A DNA stretch of 64,000 nt from Felis catus. Taxonomy: Eukaryota. This document shows, one piece after another, positions 63,651 to 64,000 of the stretch (position 1 is its first letter; every line of letters begins with the position of its first letter). The stretch is from the NCBI RefSeq assembly GCF_018350175.1, contig NC_058377.1, positions 102,982,001 to 103,046,000 of the forward strand. Reading direction: 5' to 3'. A model generated the notes under the pieces. The model was not told the origin of the DNA and ran no database searches. It saw nothing but the letters and a program-made list of their open reading frames with translations. The translations under genes were made by a program, and so were the position numbers.

Positions 63651-64000
63651 TTTTGTTCCTACCTAACTTTTGTCTGGTGGAATGTGTTAAGTCTTCCGCT
63701 GTCACTCCTACGGTGATGGAGGTTTTTTCACAGAGGAGGAAGTCATCTCCTATGACGTATCCGGTGCTCGAAGGTTCTTCCTTCTGGCTTTTGCCACCGT
63801 AGACTGCTTGCTGGTAGCTGTCGTGTGTAGAGTGTCAGTGCTTACTTGACACCCGCCGCTCTGACCACCATCATGTGTGTGCTCAAATGGCGGTAGGCTG
63901 GTACGTTTGGGGCTTGCTGAATTTGCCATCTACACTGGAGTCACCTTCGGCCTCTCTTTCTTCGCCATTCTTCGCCAATCTCCTCGCCATTCCGATGTGG
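63650..64000 (+). pseudogene. Decayed OR5B-like pseudogene (TM2-ECL2 region), 5' end lost, continues beyond the window
   Basis: Frameshifted translation FLPNFCLVECVKSSAVTPTVM / GFFTEEEVISYD..RFFLLAFATVDCLLVAV / CAQMAVGWYVWGLL / AIYTGVTFGLSF parallels the OR5B genes here. Confidence 0.85.

Overview
Mammalian (felid-type, judged from SINEC_Fc-like Can-SINEs and a carnivore LINE-1) olfactory receptor cluster. It holds one intact, CpG-rich OR10Q-subfamily gene (412-1371, -) and four OR5B-subfamily genes on the minus strand (13814-14758, 25306-26247, 45153-46103, 58768-59706; two are partly N-masked). A decayed, oppositely oriented OR5B-like pseudogene runs off the right edge. The genes sit in repeat-rich DNA: a young full-length L1 with both ORFs open and a perfect TSD (37634-43571), about 25 Can-SINEs, old L1M/L2/MIR/MLT/MER elements and a tailless U2 fragment. 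Three OR5B genes share an unannotated upstream module (splice donor, MIR relic, O/E plus homeodomain promoter core). A fourth, inverted, gene-less copy of that promoter core lies at about 23.2-23.4 kb. Other leads are a candidate Ebf/Lhx2 enhancer at about 37.0-37.3 kb, probable gene-conversion tracts between OR5B paralogs, an ORF0-like antisense ORF in the L1 5'UTR, and N-runs that are exact-length masks. All homologies and repeat family names were assigned by eye; repeat boundaries are approximate.
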